A stretch of DNA of 64,000 bases from Candidatus Bathyarchaeia archaeon (GCA_049521795.1 JBEKOM010000001.1:288001-352000), one strand, 5' to 3'; counted from the stretch's first letter, positions 48,099-57,749 are shown. Numbers and translations: made by a program. Notes: generated from the letters alone by a model not told the origin.

Positions 48099-49112
48099 AT
48101 GGGACATCGTAAGACGCACGCTCCGAGACATGGTTCTCTGGCATATTTGCCCAGGAAACGTGCTGAACACTTACTGGCCAGAGTGCGCTTCTGGCCCAGA
48201 GTTGAATCAGAAACGCCTCGGCTTCTAGGGTTTACGGGCTACAAAGCCGGCATGACCCACGTGTTCACGATAGAAGACCGGAAGCGGTCGCCGGATTTTG
48301 GCAAGGAAGTGATTCTTCCAGCCACGATCTTGGAGACCCCGCCCATTATTGTCTGCGGTGTAAAGGTCTACGCGAAAGATGTCAATGGTTTGCGGACCTT
48401 AAGTGAAGCATGGGCGAAAGACCTGCCAGACGACTTAAGAAGAGTTTTCACGGTTGCGGAAGATTTCAAGACGGAGGAAGCTCTGAAGAAGATTGAGGAG
48501 AACCTGTCTCGAGTTGTGAGGGTCCGTGTTATCAGTGTGACTCAGCCAAGGCAGGCAAGTCTGCCGAAGAAAAAGCCTGACATGGCAGAAATAGAGATAG
48601 GTGGAGGAACAGTCCAGCAGCAGTTCGAGTACGCAAAAAGCCTTCTTGGAAAAACCGCAACCCCAGCGGAGATTTTCAAGGAAGGCCAGTACGTTGACAT
48701 AGCTTCAGTTTCAACAGGTAAGGGCTTTCAAGGACCTGTGAAACGTTGGGGAGTCACAATACTTCAGGCTAAGGGAAGAAAGACAAAGAGAGGCGTTGCA
48801 ACGCTAGGCCCGTGGAACCCGCACCACGTGATGTACAGCGTCCCAAGAGCGGGGCAGATGGGTTTTCACCAGAGAACAGAGTACAACAAACGAATCATCA
48901 AGATAGGCAAGGATGGAAAGGAGATCACGCCAAAAGGGGGTTTCCTGAGATACGGCATAGTCAAAGGTTCATACGTGCTTCTTGCAGGAAGCATAGCAGG
49001 CACGGAGAAGCGTCCAATACGGATTCGCTACCCGGCACGCCCGCCTAGAGGAATACCGGAAGAGCCGCCGCAAATAACCCAAATATCCCTTGAGTCTCCA
49101 CAGGGAAGATAG
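48099..49112 (+). CDS. rpl3: 50S ribosomal protein L3
   Basis: PRHGSLAYLPRKR, GYKAGMTH and GKGFQGPVKRWG. Confidence 0.97.
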   Translation: MGHRKTHAPRHGSLAYLPRKRAEHLLARVRFWPRVESETPRLLGFTGYKAGMTHVFTIEDRKRSPDFGKEVILPATILETPPIIVCGVKVYAKDVNGLRTLSEAWAKDLPDDLRRVFTVAEDFKTEEALKKIEENLSRVVRVRVISVTQPRQASLPKKKPDMAEIEIGGGTVQQQFEYAKSLLGKTATPAEIFKEGQYVDIASVSTGKGFQGPVKRWGVTILQAKGRKTKRGVATLGPWNPHHVMYSVPRAGQMGFHQRTEYNKRIIKIGKDGKEITPKGGFLRYGIVKGSYVLLAGSIAGTEKRPIRIRYPARPPRGIPEEPPQITQISLESPQGR

Positions 49113-49125
49113 TCGGTGAACGCCA

Positions 49126-49917
49126 ATGGTTAAGAAGGCGGCGAAGGTTTTCAACCTTGAAGGTAAGGCGGTGGGAAAGATTGAGCTTCCAGCAGTTTTC
49201 ACGACACCGCTGAGACCGGACGTCATAAAGCGGGCTGTCCTGGCAATACAGTCGAATAGGCTTCAACCACAGGGCAGAGACCCCATGGCTGGAAAGAGAA
49301 CGACAGCCGAATCCAGAGGCACAGGCTCAGGCCAAGCCAGATTGCCAAGACGCAAGACTGCGTCTGCAAGAGCGGCTTTCGCACCGGGAACGGTCGGGGG
49401 AAGGCAGTCTCATCCGCCGACTTCCGAGAAGAAGATTGTTAAGAGGATTCCGAAGAAGGAGAAGAGGCTAGCCTTGTTCTCGGCTATAGCAGCGACGGCG
49501 TCGAAGGAGACTGTGACCAAGAGGGGTCACCGCATTGAGGATGTGCCGCAAATTCCGCTTATAGTCTCGCCTGAACTGGAAGGCTTGAAGAGGGCCAAGG
49601 AAGTTGAAGAGGTTCTCATACGGTTGGGAGTATTGTCAGAGATTCTCCGGGTAAGAGAGAGCAGAAAGGTGAGGGCTGGGAGGGGTAAGAGCAGAGGAAG
49701 AAAGATGAAGCAGGCTGTTGGGCCACTCATAGTCATTAGTGAGAACAAGGGAATAATGGAAGCAGCAGGAAACATTCCGGGCGTGGACGTTGTCGCGGTC
49801 ACAAACCTTAACCCGGAGATATTGGCTCCGGGCACGCATCCTGGAAGATTCACGATATGGACGAGCAGCGCGGTTGAGGAGCTTGCTCGGTTGCACGGTC
49901 AAGGAGGACAGGCATAA
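49126..49917 (+). CDS. rpl4: 50S ribosomal protein L4
   Basis: LRPDVIKRA, AFAPGTVGGR and LAPGTHPGR. Confidence 0.97.
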   Translation: MVKKAAKVFNLEGKAVGKIELPAVFTTPLRPDVIKRAVLAIQSNRLQPQGRDPMAGKRTTAESRGTGSGQARLPRRKTASARAAFAPGTVGGRQSHPPTSEKKIVKRIPKKEKRLALFSAIAATASKETVTKRGHRIEDVPQIPLIVSPELEGLKRAKEVEEVLIRLGVLSEILRVRESRKVRAGRGKSRGRKMKQAVGPLIVISENKGIMEAAGNIPGVDVVAVTNLNPEILAPGTHPGRFTIWTSSAVEELARLHGQGGQA

Positions 49918-50177
49918 TGGACCCCTACGATGTCATACTCTATCCTTTAATGACAGAGTCGTCTAGTCTCATGGTTGAAAAAGAGAACAAACTGGTTTTC
50001 ATGGTCAACCTGAGAGCAAACAAATCTGACGTCAGAAAGGCGGTTGAAAGGCTCTACGAAGTGAGAGTTGAGGGCGTCCACGTTCTTATCACCTCGACCG
50101 GCGAAAAGAAGGCGTTCGTCAAGCTTCATCCAGATTTCAAGGCAGTTGACATTGCAATCAGACTTGGAATACTTTAA
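49917..50177 (+). CDS. rpl23: 50S ribosomal protein L23
   Basis: YPLMTE, ENKLVF and GEKKAFVKL. Confidence 0.96.
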   Translation: MDPYDVILYPLMTESSSLMVEKENKLVFMVNLRANKSDVRKAVERLYEVRVEGVHVLITSTGEKKAFVKLHPDFKAVDIAIRLGIL

Positions 50178-50197
50178 ACCTGTATGGTGGACTGAAA

Positions 50198-50962
50198 ATG
50201 GGAAAGAGAATTCGTGTTCAAAGACGCGGACGTGGGGCCTCTACGTTCCGAGCCGCAACTCACAAGAGGGTGGCCCCTGCTCGGTACCCGCCAACGACAA
50301 AACTGAAGGAATTTGAGTCATCGTTCAACTGCGTGATTGAAGAGCTTGTTCATGACCCAGGGCGAGGAACACCTCTGGGGCTGATAAGGTCTGAAGATGG
50401 ACAAACATTCTACACGGTGGTTCCTGAAGGGGTCTACGAGGGCAAACAGATTCAGATCGGCGGGAGAGCCGCGGTCGACGTGGGCAACATCATGCCGCTT
50501 GGCAAGATCCCAGAAGGAACCATGGTCTGCAACGTAGAGCTCCGCCCCGGGGACGGCGGCAAGCTTTCAAAATCCTCAGGATCGTACGCGACGGTCGTTA
50601 CTCACACGCCCAATGGGACGATAATCAAGTTGCCGTCGGGAAAGTCAAAGTACGTCGCTGATTATTGTCGGGCAACGATCGGCGTCGTCTCAGCGTCCGG
50701 AAGAACGGACAAGCCCTTCCTGAAAGCAGGCGCGAAGTTCCACTTAATGAGAGCTAGGGGGCGCAAGTACCCGAGGACAAGTGGAAGAAAGATGGTTGCA
50801 GCCGTGCATCCGTACGGCAGTAGTAAAAGAAGTGCAAGAAAGGTCACTACAACGTCGCACGGCGCTCCACCAGGACAAAAAGTCGGCTTGATTGCTGCAA
50901 GAGGCACCGGAAGGAAAAACAAGAGCGCGCGCGATAAGCAAAGAATAGGAGAAGGTCCATAA
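50198..50962 (+). CDS. rpl2: 50S ribosomal protein L2
   Basis: MGKRIRVQRRGRG, HDPGRG and PPGQKVGLIAARGTG. Confidence 0.97.
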   Translation: MGKRIRVQRRGRGASTFRAATHKRVAPARYPPTTKLKEFESSFNCVIEELVHDPGRGTPLGLIRSEDGQTFYTVVPEGVYEGKQIQIGGRAAVDVGNIMPLGKIPEGTMVCNVELRPGDGGKLSKSSGSYATVVTHTPNGTIIKLPSGKSKYVADYCRATIGVVSASGRTDKPFLKAGAKFHLMRARGRKYPRTSGRKMVAAVHPYGSSKRSARKVTTTSHGAPPGQKVGLIAARGTGRKNKSARDKQRIGEGP

Positions 50963-50992
50963 TGTCTAACGTGGCAAGCAGGGTGAGATAAA

Positions 50993-51397
50993 ATGCCGAA
51001 AGAGTTCATGTATCGCGGGCTTTCGCTGAGCCAGCTGCAGAGCATGTCCATGGACGAATTCATTGACCTTCTCCCTTCAAGGCAGCGAAGGAGTCTTCAT
51101 AGGGGTTTGCAGGCGGAGCAGAGGATACTGCTTGAAAAAGTCAGACGCGCGAGAGAAGAGCTTCGAAAGGGAGGCAACCCTGCCATTAAAACGCACGTGC
51201 GGAACATGATCATTCTGCCTGAAATGGTCGGCTTACTGATCCAGGTGCACAACGGCAAAGATTTCGTGCAGGTGGAAATAAAGCCCGAAATGATTGGACA
51301 TTACCTTGGGGAGTTTGCAGTCACAAACAAGCCTGTTAGACACGGTACTCCAGGTATCGGCGCGTCGCGTTCATCGATGTACGTGCCGCTGAAGTAA
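50993..51397 (+). CDS. rps19: 30S ribosomal protein S19
   Basis: [15 protein letters not shown] and MIGHYLGEF. Confidence 0.97.
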   Translation: MPKEFMYRGLSLSQLQSMSMDEFIDLLPSRQRRSLHRGLQAEQRILLEKVRRAREELRKGGNPAIKTHVRNMIILPEMVGLLIQVHNGKDFVQVEIKPEMIGHYLGEFAVTNKPVRHGTPGIGASRSSMYVPLK

Positions 51398-51424
51398 CTG
51401 TTGCCAGCTTGCTTCTCGCCCTGT

Positions 51425-51862
51425 TCAAGCGCTGTAGTCCCTGCCTGAGGGTTTCTTCTCCCCTGGCTTAGTTTCCCCTGTTTGGGGCAGCGGGATTGGC
51501 GGCGGGATGTTCAGGGTTCTGGATATCAGGACAGACTCGATGAAGGCAACGTTTGAAACTGACTGTACTATAATTGGTGGCGGGGGTTTCTTCTCTTCGT
51601 ATTCCTTGTAGACCTTTTCAGTTTCACCTTTGTCGCCGACCACGAACGCGGTTCCTTTCAAGTTTATCTGCGCCACTGAAGGGTTGTAACTGATCGTTAA
51701 AACGAACGGAACGTCTAATGACTCATCCGCCCTCTTCTCCATCCCCGTTAGGTTAAGGTTCGTGTTTATATGAACCTGAGGGAAAGGCTTTCTAAAGTCC
51801 AAGAAACGTTCCGCAGAAATGTTTGAGATGACGACGTTTACTCTTAGCATTTGGCAAATCAT
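51425..51862 (-). CDS. conserved archaeal hypothetical protein (possibly SecB-like fold)
   Basis: Beta-rich N-half and ISRTLNIPPPIPLP C-terminal motif. Confidence 0.7.
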   Translation of the reverse strand: MICQMLRVNVVISNISAERFLDFRKPFPQVHINTNLNLTGMEKRADESLDVPFVLTISYNPSVAQINLKGTAFVVGDKGETEKVYKEYEEKKPPPPIIVQSVSNVAFIESVLISRTLNIPPPIPLPQTGETKPGEKKPSGRDYSA

Positions 51863-51899
51863 CAGGAAGCTATCACGGTGTCGGATAATTTAAAGATGT

Positions 51900-52220
51900 T
51901 CATTCCTTAGCGGGCTTGTACCGCGTGAACCCGCAGTGTCCACAAGTGTACCTGTTACCATGGTCTGCCATGAAGTATCCGGGTCCGCACCGTTCGCATG
52001 TTGGGCGAAGTCTAATGACCTTTTCAGCCTCAACCTTGTACAGTTTGAAAACGCCCTTTTCCTTCTTCTTCTTTTTCTCGGGTTTTGGAGCTTTCTCAGG
52101 TTTCGCAGGTTTTGCTTCTTCCTTCGGCGCTTCCGCTGGGGCTTCTTCTGCCTTTTTCACTTCTTTCTTGGGTTCTTCTCCCTTCTTTGGCGCCTCTTTC
52201 TTTTCTTCCTTCTTGGGCAT
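51900..52220 (-). CDS. rps27ae: 30S ribosomal protein S27ae with K/E/P/A-rich N-terminal extension
   Basis: CERCGPGYFMADHGNRYTCGHCG. Confidence 0.93.
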   Translation of the reverse strand: MPKKEEKKEAPKKGEEPKKEVKKAEEAPAEAPKEEAKPAKPEKAPKPEKKKKKEKGVFKLYKVEAEKVIRLRPTCERCGPGYFMADHGNRYTCGHCGFTRYKPAKE

Positions 52221-52228
52221 TTTCTACT

Positions 52229-52546
52229 CTACCCCTTCTTCTCTTCTTCTTTGGGCTTCTCGGGAGGAGGAACGTTTCTCTTGACTACGTAATCGGGTTC
52301 GATGAGCTTCGCCTGCTCGGCAGAATCGTAAAGGTTCGCCACGCCTACAGCCGTGTGCGTTCCAGGCCTTGTTTCGAATTTTTTGACATAAATCAGGTCC
52401 ACGTTTGACTTTAACGCGTCTGCGACTGCTTTTCTGACTTCTAGTCTCGGAGGCGTGGCGCCTGCGACGTGTTTAACGTTAAAACGAATTTCCTTCCGCT
52501 TCAGCAGCGGGTTCTCTTTCTGTGACACTATGTTGACTTCCATCAC
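52229..52546 (-). CDS. rps24e: 30S ribosomal protein S24e
   Basis: ENPLLKRKE, ATPPR and NLYDS. Confidence 0.93.
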   Translation of the reverse strand: MMEVNIVSQKENPLLKRKEIRFNVKHVAGATPPRLEVRKAVADALKSNVDLIYVKKFETRPGTHTAVGVANLYDSAEQAKLIEPDYVVKRNVPPPEKPKEEEKKG

Positions 52547-52589
52547 GTTTCCTCGTGTGCGGTGTTGACTTGATGTTACACTCTCTTAT

Positions 52590-53120
52590 TTAGCTTTTTG
52601 AGCGCTTCTCCATGGAGTTGAGGATTGATGTGATTTCTGTTTTCTTGTCAGGAGTGACCTTGACTACGACGATGCCTTCGTGGGGCTGACCGTATATGAC
52701 GTATGAGTCTTCGGACGCGTGGGCGATGGCGGCGAGCGCCAGCAGGTCTTCTTCGCCTTTGACGACGATTTTGACATGTTCACTCTGTTTCAAGGCGGCT
52801 TCTATCGCTTGTTCGGCTTCGTCTGTAATTGTTCCTCGAGGGTTTGTTATGTAAACTGTCCGGTCTGCAGGTAACTTGAACGGTTTCGTGCTTCTCCTCA
52901 TGCATTTGTTGTCTATGATGAACAATTTGGGGGAAAAGCCGTTCTCTGCAAGGTTCTTTGAGACAGTGTCTCCAACGGAAATTATGCTCGTGGGGTTTTC
53001 TTGCTCAACCATTTTCTTCAGTCTTTTCATCGTGTCGACGAAAGAGCCTCTAATCAGAGTGCCTAACGGTTGCTTCAGAGCTTTGCGCAGTTCGGGTGTA
53101 AGATAGTGTTTAACCGCCAT
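52590..53120 (-). CDS. GTP-dependent dephospho-CoA kinase (DUF359)
   Basis: LKQPLG, SVGD, NPRGTI, GEEDLLAL and YGQP; conserved position between rps24e and spt4. Confidence 0.9.
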   Translation of the reverse strand: MAVKHYLTPELRKALKQPLGTLIRGSFVDTMKRLKKMVEQENPTSIISVGDTVSKNLAENGFSPKLFIIDNKCMRRSTKPFKLPADRTVYITNPRGTITDEAEQAIEAALKQSEHVKIVVKGEEDLLALAAIAHASEDSYVIYGQPHEGIVVVKVTPDKKTEITSILNSMEKRSKS

Positions 53121-53121
53121 C

Positions 53122-53307
53122 TTATCTGACCCTTAGGGCAAAGCGGCCTTTGTCTTTGATGTTCATGGCCTTTGCGATTGCTGAGCCTTCAGGATCAAAG
53201 ATGATCACCAACCCGCTAAAATCGTCGCTCAGGCTTGTCGTTTTGCACTTAGGACAGACGTTTCCTCTGCTCAGAGAGTGACAGTTTGGGCAGGCTTTCT
53301 CGCTCAT
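53122..53307 (-). CDS. spt4: transcription elongation factor Spt4 (RpoE'')
   Basis: KACPNC...CPKC...GLVIIFDPEGSAIA...GRFALRVR. Confidence 0.95.
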   Translation of the reverse strand: MSEKACPNCHSLSRGNVCPKCKTTSLSDDFSGLVIIFDPEGSAIAKAMNIKDKGRFALRVR

Positions 53308-53900
53308 TCTGCTCTCACTCTTTTTTCGGTTGCTTTCTTCTCCGCTGCTTCCTTCATCTTCTTCAAGTCGGTTTCAATCCATTCAAGCTTGCCGAGGAAG
53401 GGCTGTCTTGCTGTGACGCCGATTTTTCCTGAACTTCCAGCTCTGCCAAGCGATACTGCAGTTATGCGGACACGAACTTGGTCGCCGCTCATCAGCTTGC
53501 GTTTACTTTCCTTTCCCAGCAACACTCCTTGCTTCTCGTCGTAAGAGATGAAGTCGTCCATGAGTTGGGAAACGTGAAGTAGCGCGTCAATCGGTCCGAT
53601 GCGGACGAAAGCGCCGAAGTCGGCCATCTCAACGACCTCGCCTTCCACGACTTCTTGAATTTTAGGGTAGAAGGTTAAAAGCGAAAAGTTCACCTTGTGA
53701 TACGTGGCGCCGTCGCCTGGAATTATCTTGCCTATGGAGCTTACTTTCACTGCGGTTACGGCTATGACATAGCCTAGCTCCTCGTCGACGACTCCTTCGT
53801 ATTTCGCCTTGACCTGCTGGTGTCCCACCGATTCAAGTGGGTTGCCGAACGTGTTAGGCGGAATCCGAATCGTGTCTTCTAAGGTTACAAGTTTAAACAG
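53304..53900 (-). CDS. rpoE1: RNA polymerase subunit Rpo7 (E'), CTG start
   Basis: Frame extends upstream of the track start to CTG 53900 (FKLVTLEDTIRIPP...), bounded by in-frame TAA at 53904-53906; S1 domain FGAFVRIGPIDALLHVSQ. Confidence 0.93.
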   Translation of the reverse strand: MFKLVTLEDTIRIPPNTFGNPLESVGHQQVKAKYEGVVDEELGYVIAVTAVKVSSIGKIIPGDGATYHKVNFSLLTFYPKIQEVVEGEVVEMADFGAFVRIGPIDALLHVSQLMDDFISYDEKQGVLLGKESKRKLMSGDQVRVRITAVSLGRAGSSGKIGVTARQPFLGKLEWIETDLKKMKEAAEKKATEKRVRAE

Positions 53901-53903
53901 GGG

Positions 53904-54329
53904 TTACAGCCTCCCGTCAATTTCTAATCGTGACTTTTGCCTCACATAAATAACTGGCACATTTATATCTCTTAGCCTGTTCTTGAGTTGTCTGTCGTTC
54001 GTGAACACCGGGTACTTGTACTTGGCGGCCGCTTGAACGATAAGGTCGTCTGTGGACGCGTCTGGTCGTTGAGCAACATTCAGTGGCTTGCACCTTTCAG
54101 CCAGTTTCAGTGCAAGAGCCGCGTTCTTGCGCCTGCTGGAGGAACCGTGAGTTGCTATTCTCTGAAGCTCCATCCGGGTTGGCGAAAGCAGGACAAGTTC
54201 AAAATTCCTGTTCAAAAGCTTTCTTAAATCTTCAAAAAGGTCAATGTTGAACTGAAGCGGAACGAACAGAGCGTTTGAATCGAGTATGATCTTCAATTTT
54301 CTTCTTGCAGGCTTAAGTTCTGCCGTCAT
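53904..54329 (-). CDS. PIN-domain protein (Fcf1/Utp24-like)
   Basis: ILDSNAL, TDDLI and VFTNDRQLK; conserved position after aIF2g. Confidence 0.88.
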   Translation of the reverse strand: MTAELKPARRKLKIILDSNALFVPLQFNIDLFEDLRKLLNRNFELVLLSPTRMELQRIATHGSSSRRKNAALALKLAERCKPLNVAQRPDASTDDLIVQAAAKYKYPVFTNDRQLKNRLRDINVPVIYVRQKSRLEIDGRL

Positions 54330-54330
54330 T

Positions 54331-55575
54331 TTACCGTATCATTCCATAGCCTATTAGCCGCCATCTCCCCGCCATTTTTCTGCTCAGTGCAACTCTTGAT
54401 CCTGTTTGCACGCAAACTGGCCGTGTGAGTTTAATCTGAACGCTGTCCTTTCTTATTGAGGAGACTTTCCCGACTGTTATGGCGGCACCGACGTGCATGA
54501 GCAGTGTTTCGTTCATGGCGACTTCTTCGATTTTCATCAGCTCTTTTGTTCCTACAGCTCTTTCAAGAATGTGAGTTTCAAGGATAACCTCTGACGATAT
54601 TGGAGGCAGCATTCCTCGTTTTCCAGCGATGTTTCCGATGAGGCTGTCGGCCTTCGAATATGATGGGTCAAGGAGTGTTCCTACGCCTACTAGGCCGCCG
54701 CAGTGAGCTTCATTCACGTCTTTTCCACCGGCTTCGAGGCTTACGATTTCGCTGAACAGGGGCTCGTACGTGATCTTTCCTTCAGTCGCTATTCCTGGGA
54801 GTATCTCAAGTTCTTCAGCGACCGTGAACTTGCCCTGAACTATCGTGCCCCCTAGCACCCCGCCTTCAAGCTTGTCGACAAGCGTGCCCGGCTTGTTGAT
54901 GTCAAAAGAACGTATTATGTACATGAACGGCGGCTTTGTTTCATCCCTTTTCGGCGTCGGCATAACCTCTTCCATCGCTTGAAGGAGAACATCCACGTTG
55001 ACTCCGTGCTGTGCTGAGATGGGAATGATGGGGGCGTCTTCCGCCACAGTTCCTTTCACGAAGTTCTTTATCTCAGCGTAGCTCTGGCGGGCCCTCTTCT
55101 CGTCAACGATGTCAATCTTGTTCTGGACTATGACTATGTTCTTTATGCCTACAACACCGACCGCGGCCAAGTGTTCTCTGGTCTGCGGTTGAGGACACGG
55201 TTCGTCTGCCGCTATCACGAGTAGCGCTCCGTCCATTATCGCCGCTCCTGAGAGCATGGTTGCCATCAGAGCCTCATGACCTGGGGCGTCAACGAAGCTG
55301 ATCGCTCGGACGAAAACGGCTTTGGAGCCGCAGGCGGGGCAGGCTGGTTTTGTAGTGTAGTTCTTCGGCGGCTCACACTTGGGACACATGTAAACTGCCA
55401 TGTCTGCGTAGCCCAGTTTGATCGTGATGCCTCTCTTGAGTTCTTCGCTGTGCCTCGATGCCCAAACACCCGTCAGCGCCTGAACGAGTGTTGTTTTGCC
55501 ATGGTCCACATGTCCTATTGTGCCGATGTTGATTTCGGGTTGACGAGGCATTGGTGCCCGTTTTTCGCTGCTCAT
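54331..55575 (-). CDS. eif2g: translation initiation factor aIF2 gamma
   Basis: GHVDHGKT, RGITIKLGY, DAPGHE, QNKID and WRLIGYG. Confidence 0.97.
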   Translation of the reverse strand: MSSEKRAPMPRQPEINIGTIGHVDHGKTTLVQALTGVWASRHSEELKRGITIKLGYADMAVYMCPKCEPPKNYTTKPACPACGSKAVFVRAISFVDAPGHEALMATMLSGAAIMDGALLVIAADEPCPQPQTREHLAAVGVVGIKNIVIVQNKIDIVDEKRARQSYAEIKNFVKGTVAEDAPIIPISAQHGVNVDVLLQAMEEVMPTPKRDETKPPFMYIIRSFDINKPGTLVDKLEGGVLGGTIVQGKFTVAEELEILPGIATEGKITYEPLFSEIVSLEAGGKDVNEAHCGGLVGVGTLLDPSYSKADSLIGNIAGKRGMLPPISSEVILETHILERAVGTKELMKIEEVAMNETLLMHVGAAITVGKVSSIRKDSVQIKLTRPVCVQTGSRVALSRKMAGRWRLIGYGMIR

Positions 55576-55651
55576 TGTTCACTTTCCTATGAACGTTTAC
55601 AAATTATTGAAGGATTAGAAATGCTGCGGCTAATAAACGTTTTAGCCCTCA

Positions 55652-56104
55652 TCAAGTGCTGGTTTGCGTTTGAGCTTTGGCTTGTTGCTCAGGTTCTTTC
55701 GGAGCCGTTTTTTCTTCCTTCTTTTCCTTCGGCTTCTTTCCTTCTTTAGGATGTTTTGGCTTTTCCACGATTTTCGCGTTTACCTGAACGATCTCGTCCG
55801 TTATGACGTTTCCCCGAATGCTTTTGCGTCTCCTCATCCCTCCGTTCAGCGGGTTGAAACCTACGCCGCCGCTGAGAACTATGCGTCGGCGAACACCGCC
55901 ATGTACGCTCGGCCTCATCGGGAACCCGTCCTTGTCGGAGCCGCCCATGATTTGGACCTTGTGTCCTGCGAAATCGACTATTGTTCCGTCTATGACTTCG
56001 CCTATTCTCCTGCCGATCAACGGGGTAGCGCGTGCTTCTTCAAGCTCAACCGCTTTTGATGTTCCCGTTTCGGGGTCTGAAACGATGACTTTGAACTTGG
56101 CCAT
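55652..56104 (-). CDS. rps6e: 30S ribosomal protein S6e
   Basis: FKVIVSDP, GGSDKDGFPMR and RRRKSIRGN. Confidence 0.96.
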   Translation of the reverse strand: MAKFKVIVSDPETGTSKAVELEEARATPLIGRRIGEVIDGTIVDFAGHKVQIMGGSDKDGFPMRPSVHGGVRRRIVLSGGVGFNPLNGGMRRRKSIRGNVITDEIVQVNAKIVEKPKHPKEGKKPKEKKEEKTAPKEPEQQAKAQTQTST

Positions 56105-56204
56105 TCGTCGTAGCCTCTTAGGTGGTGGTATGAAAGTTGAGCATCTCTCTATTAAGAATTGCGTGTTTTAGCAGTGTGAAGTTTGCGTCAATCGATGCCC
56201 AAAA

Positions 56205-56375
56205 AGCGCGTTGGCTTGTCCCTAAATTCGCAAAAAAATGAATTTTCAAAGCATATACGTTTTGCATATACACTTAACGAGCATCGTTGAAAACGGTGAG
56301 GCTGTTCATGTTAGCTGCGGAGCTCTGCGGGCTGTTCAAGTTCGCACGCATGATAAAAGGACACGGCAGCGCGCT
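56205..56375. repeat. ~170-bp TIR-bounded element, family A copy 2
   Basis: AGCGCGTTGGCTTGTCC ... GGACACGGCAGCGCGCT; GCATATAC at 56251 and 56264; collinear with the reverse complement of 13524-13704. Confidence 0.85.
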
Positions 56376-56534
56376 ACAAATTGCTCAACAACCTAGGCGC
56401 GTTCTTGATGAGAGAATCTTGACGAGGCAATCGGTTGCGATTCGTGATAACGCGCTTTTAGCGTGCAGTTCGAGAGGGAAATCAGCTTCGAGGGAGTAAA
56501 AGTTTTAATCTTGCTTTGAAGAGGTTTTCTGGCC

Positions 56535-57722
56535 ATGTGGCGGCTGGGGTTCTTTTTCCACGAAATGGGGTTCGGATTGCTCTCGATTTTTCTGCCGCTT
56601 TACTTGCTTAGAATCGACGCTGCGAATGGGCTGTTCTACGTTGGGGTAATCACTGCTATCGCTCTCTTCGCGGCTATTCCTGCCTCTTTCTTCTGGGGCT
56701 ATTTATGCGACAGGACACGGCATTATAAGCGTTACATCCTTCTTGCGTTCCTCGCGTCGGCCGTCTTGCTCTGCCTCTTCGCGTTTACGACAGAAATAAC
56801 TTTGCTGATTGTAATATACGCGATAATGTCGATTTTTCACGTTGCCCATGAAGCTCCGAAAAACATTCTCATCTCTGAGCTGTATTCTCATCGAGATTGG
56901 GAGAAGAATTTCGCCTTCTACGAGGGGGTCACGGAAGTCGGGACGCTAATCGGTCTTCTGTTAGGCTTCTTTGCCTCGTATTTTGGGGTTAGTGCGGTGA
57001 ACACCCTTTTTCTCGTAGCAGGGTTGAACTTCGCAGCCTTCGTTCTATCTGCAATACTCGTCGTGGACCCCCCAATGATTTTTGAGAGAAGCTTAGTGAG
57101 CATCGAGAAGACTGTTGACTTCGCGTCTCACGGTGTCTTCCTGGCTTCCAGAATGGTGGACGGCATAGGTCTGGATGAGAAATTGAAAAGAGAGAACGTC
57201 ACAGCCTTCTGCTTCGGACTAGTGCTTTTCTCGCTTGCCACGAGCATACTGTTCACTCCTATGCCCGTGTTTGTGAACAGCATCGCGCCGGCGGGGTTCG
57301 TCTTCGCGATTTTCGTGCTCAATTCCGGGGGAGCTATAGGGGGCTACGCGTTGGCTGGAAAAAGGTCGCAGGGGCCAACTGGAAAAGCCCGCGTGGCCGG
57401 ACTAGTGCTGTTTCGAAGCCTGCTTGCCTTCGTACTTCTCGCCGCCTTGAATCTGTCATCTTTTAACGTTCTGCTGACCACTGGAATTCTAATCGTCATG
57501 GGATTTCTCTTTGCATTCTTTATGGTGACGATTCTTGCTCTATCTATGGAGCTTATACCAGCGGGCAAAGCGGGTCTGATCAATGTTCTGATAGGGCTGG
57601 GAGGAGCATTCGGCTCATTTATCGGCCCTTTCATCGCTCAGGTTTCGGGTTTCCTCCAAGTTTTCATTGTGGCCGGTGCAATATTCTTCGCCGCCTTCGT
57701 CTTCTTCAAGATCTTCGCATAG
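56535..57722 (+). CDS. MFS transporter
   Basis: About 12 hydrophobic segments; motif A-like WGYLCDRTRHYK. Confidence 0.9.
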   Translation: MWRLGFFFHEMGFGLLSIFLPLYLLRIDAANGLFYVGVITAIALFAAIPASFFWGYLCDRTRHYKRYILLAFLASAVLLCLFAFTTEITLLIVIYAIMSIFHVAHEAPKNILISELYSHRDWEKNFAFYEGVTEVGTLIGLLLGFFASYFGVSAVNTLFLVAGLNFAAFVLSAILVVDPPMIFERSLVSIEKTVDFASHGVFLASRMVDGIGLDEKLKRENVTAFCFGLVLFSLATSILFTPMPVFVNSIAPAGFVFAIFVLNSGGAIGGYALAGKRSQGPTGKARVAGLVLFRSLLAFVLLAALNLSSFNVLLTTGILIVMGFLFAFFMVTILALSMELIPAGKAGLINVLIGLGGAFGSFIGPFIAQVSGFLQVFIVAGAIFFAAFVFFKIFA

Positions 57723-57749
57723 GCAGGAGAAGAAAAAGGGGACAGATGC

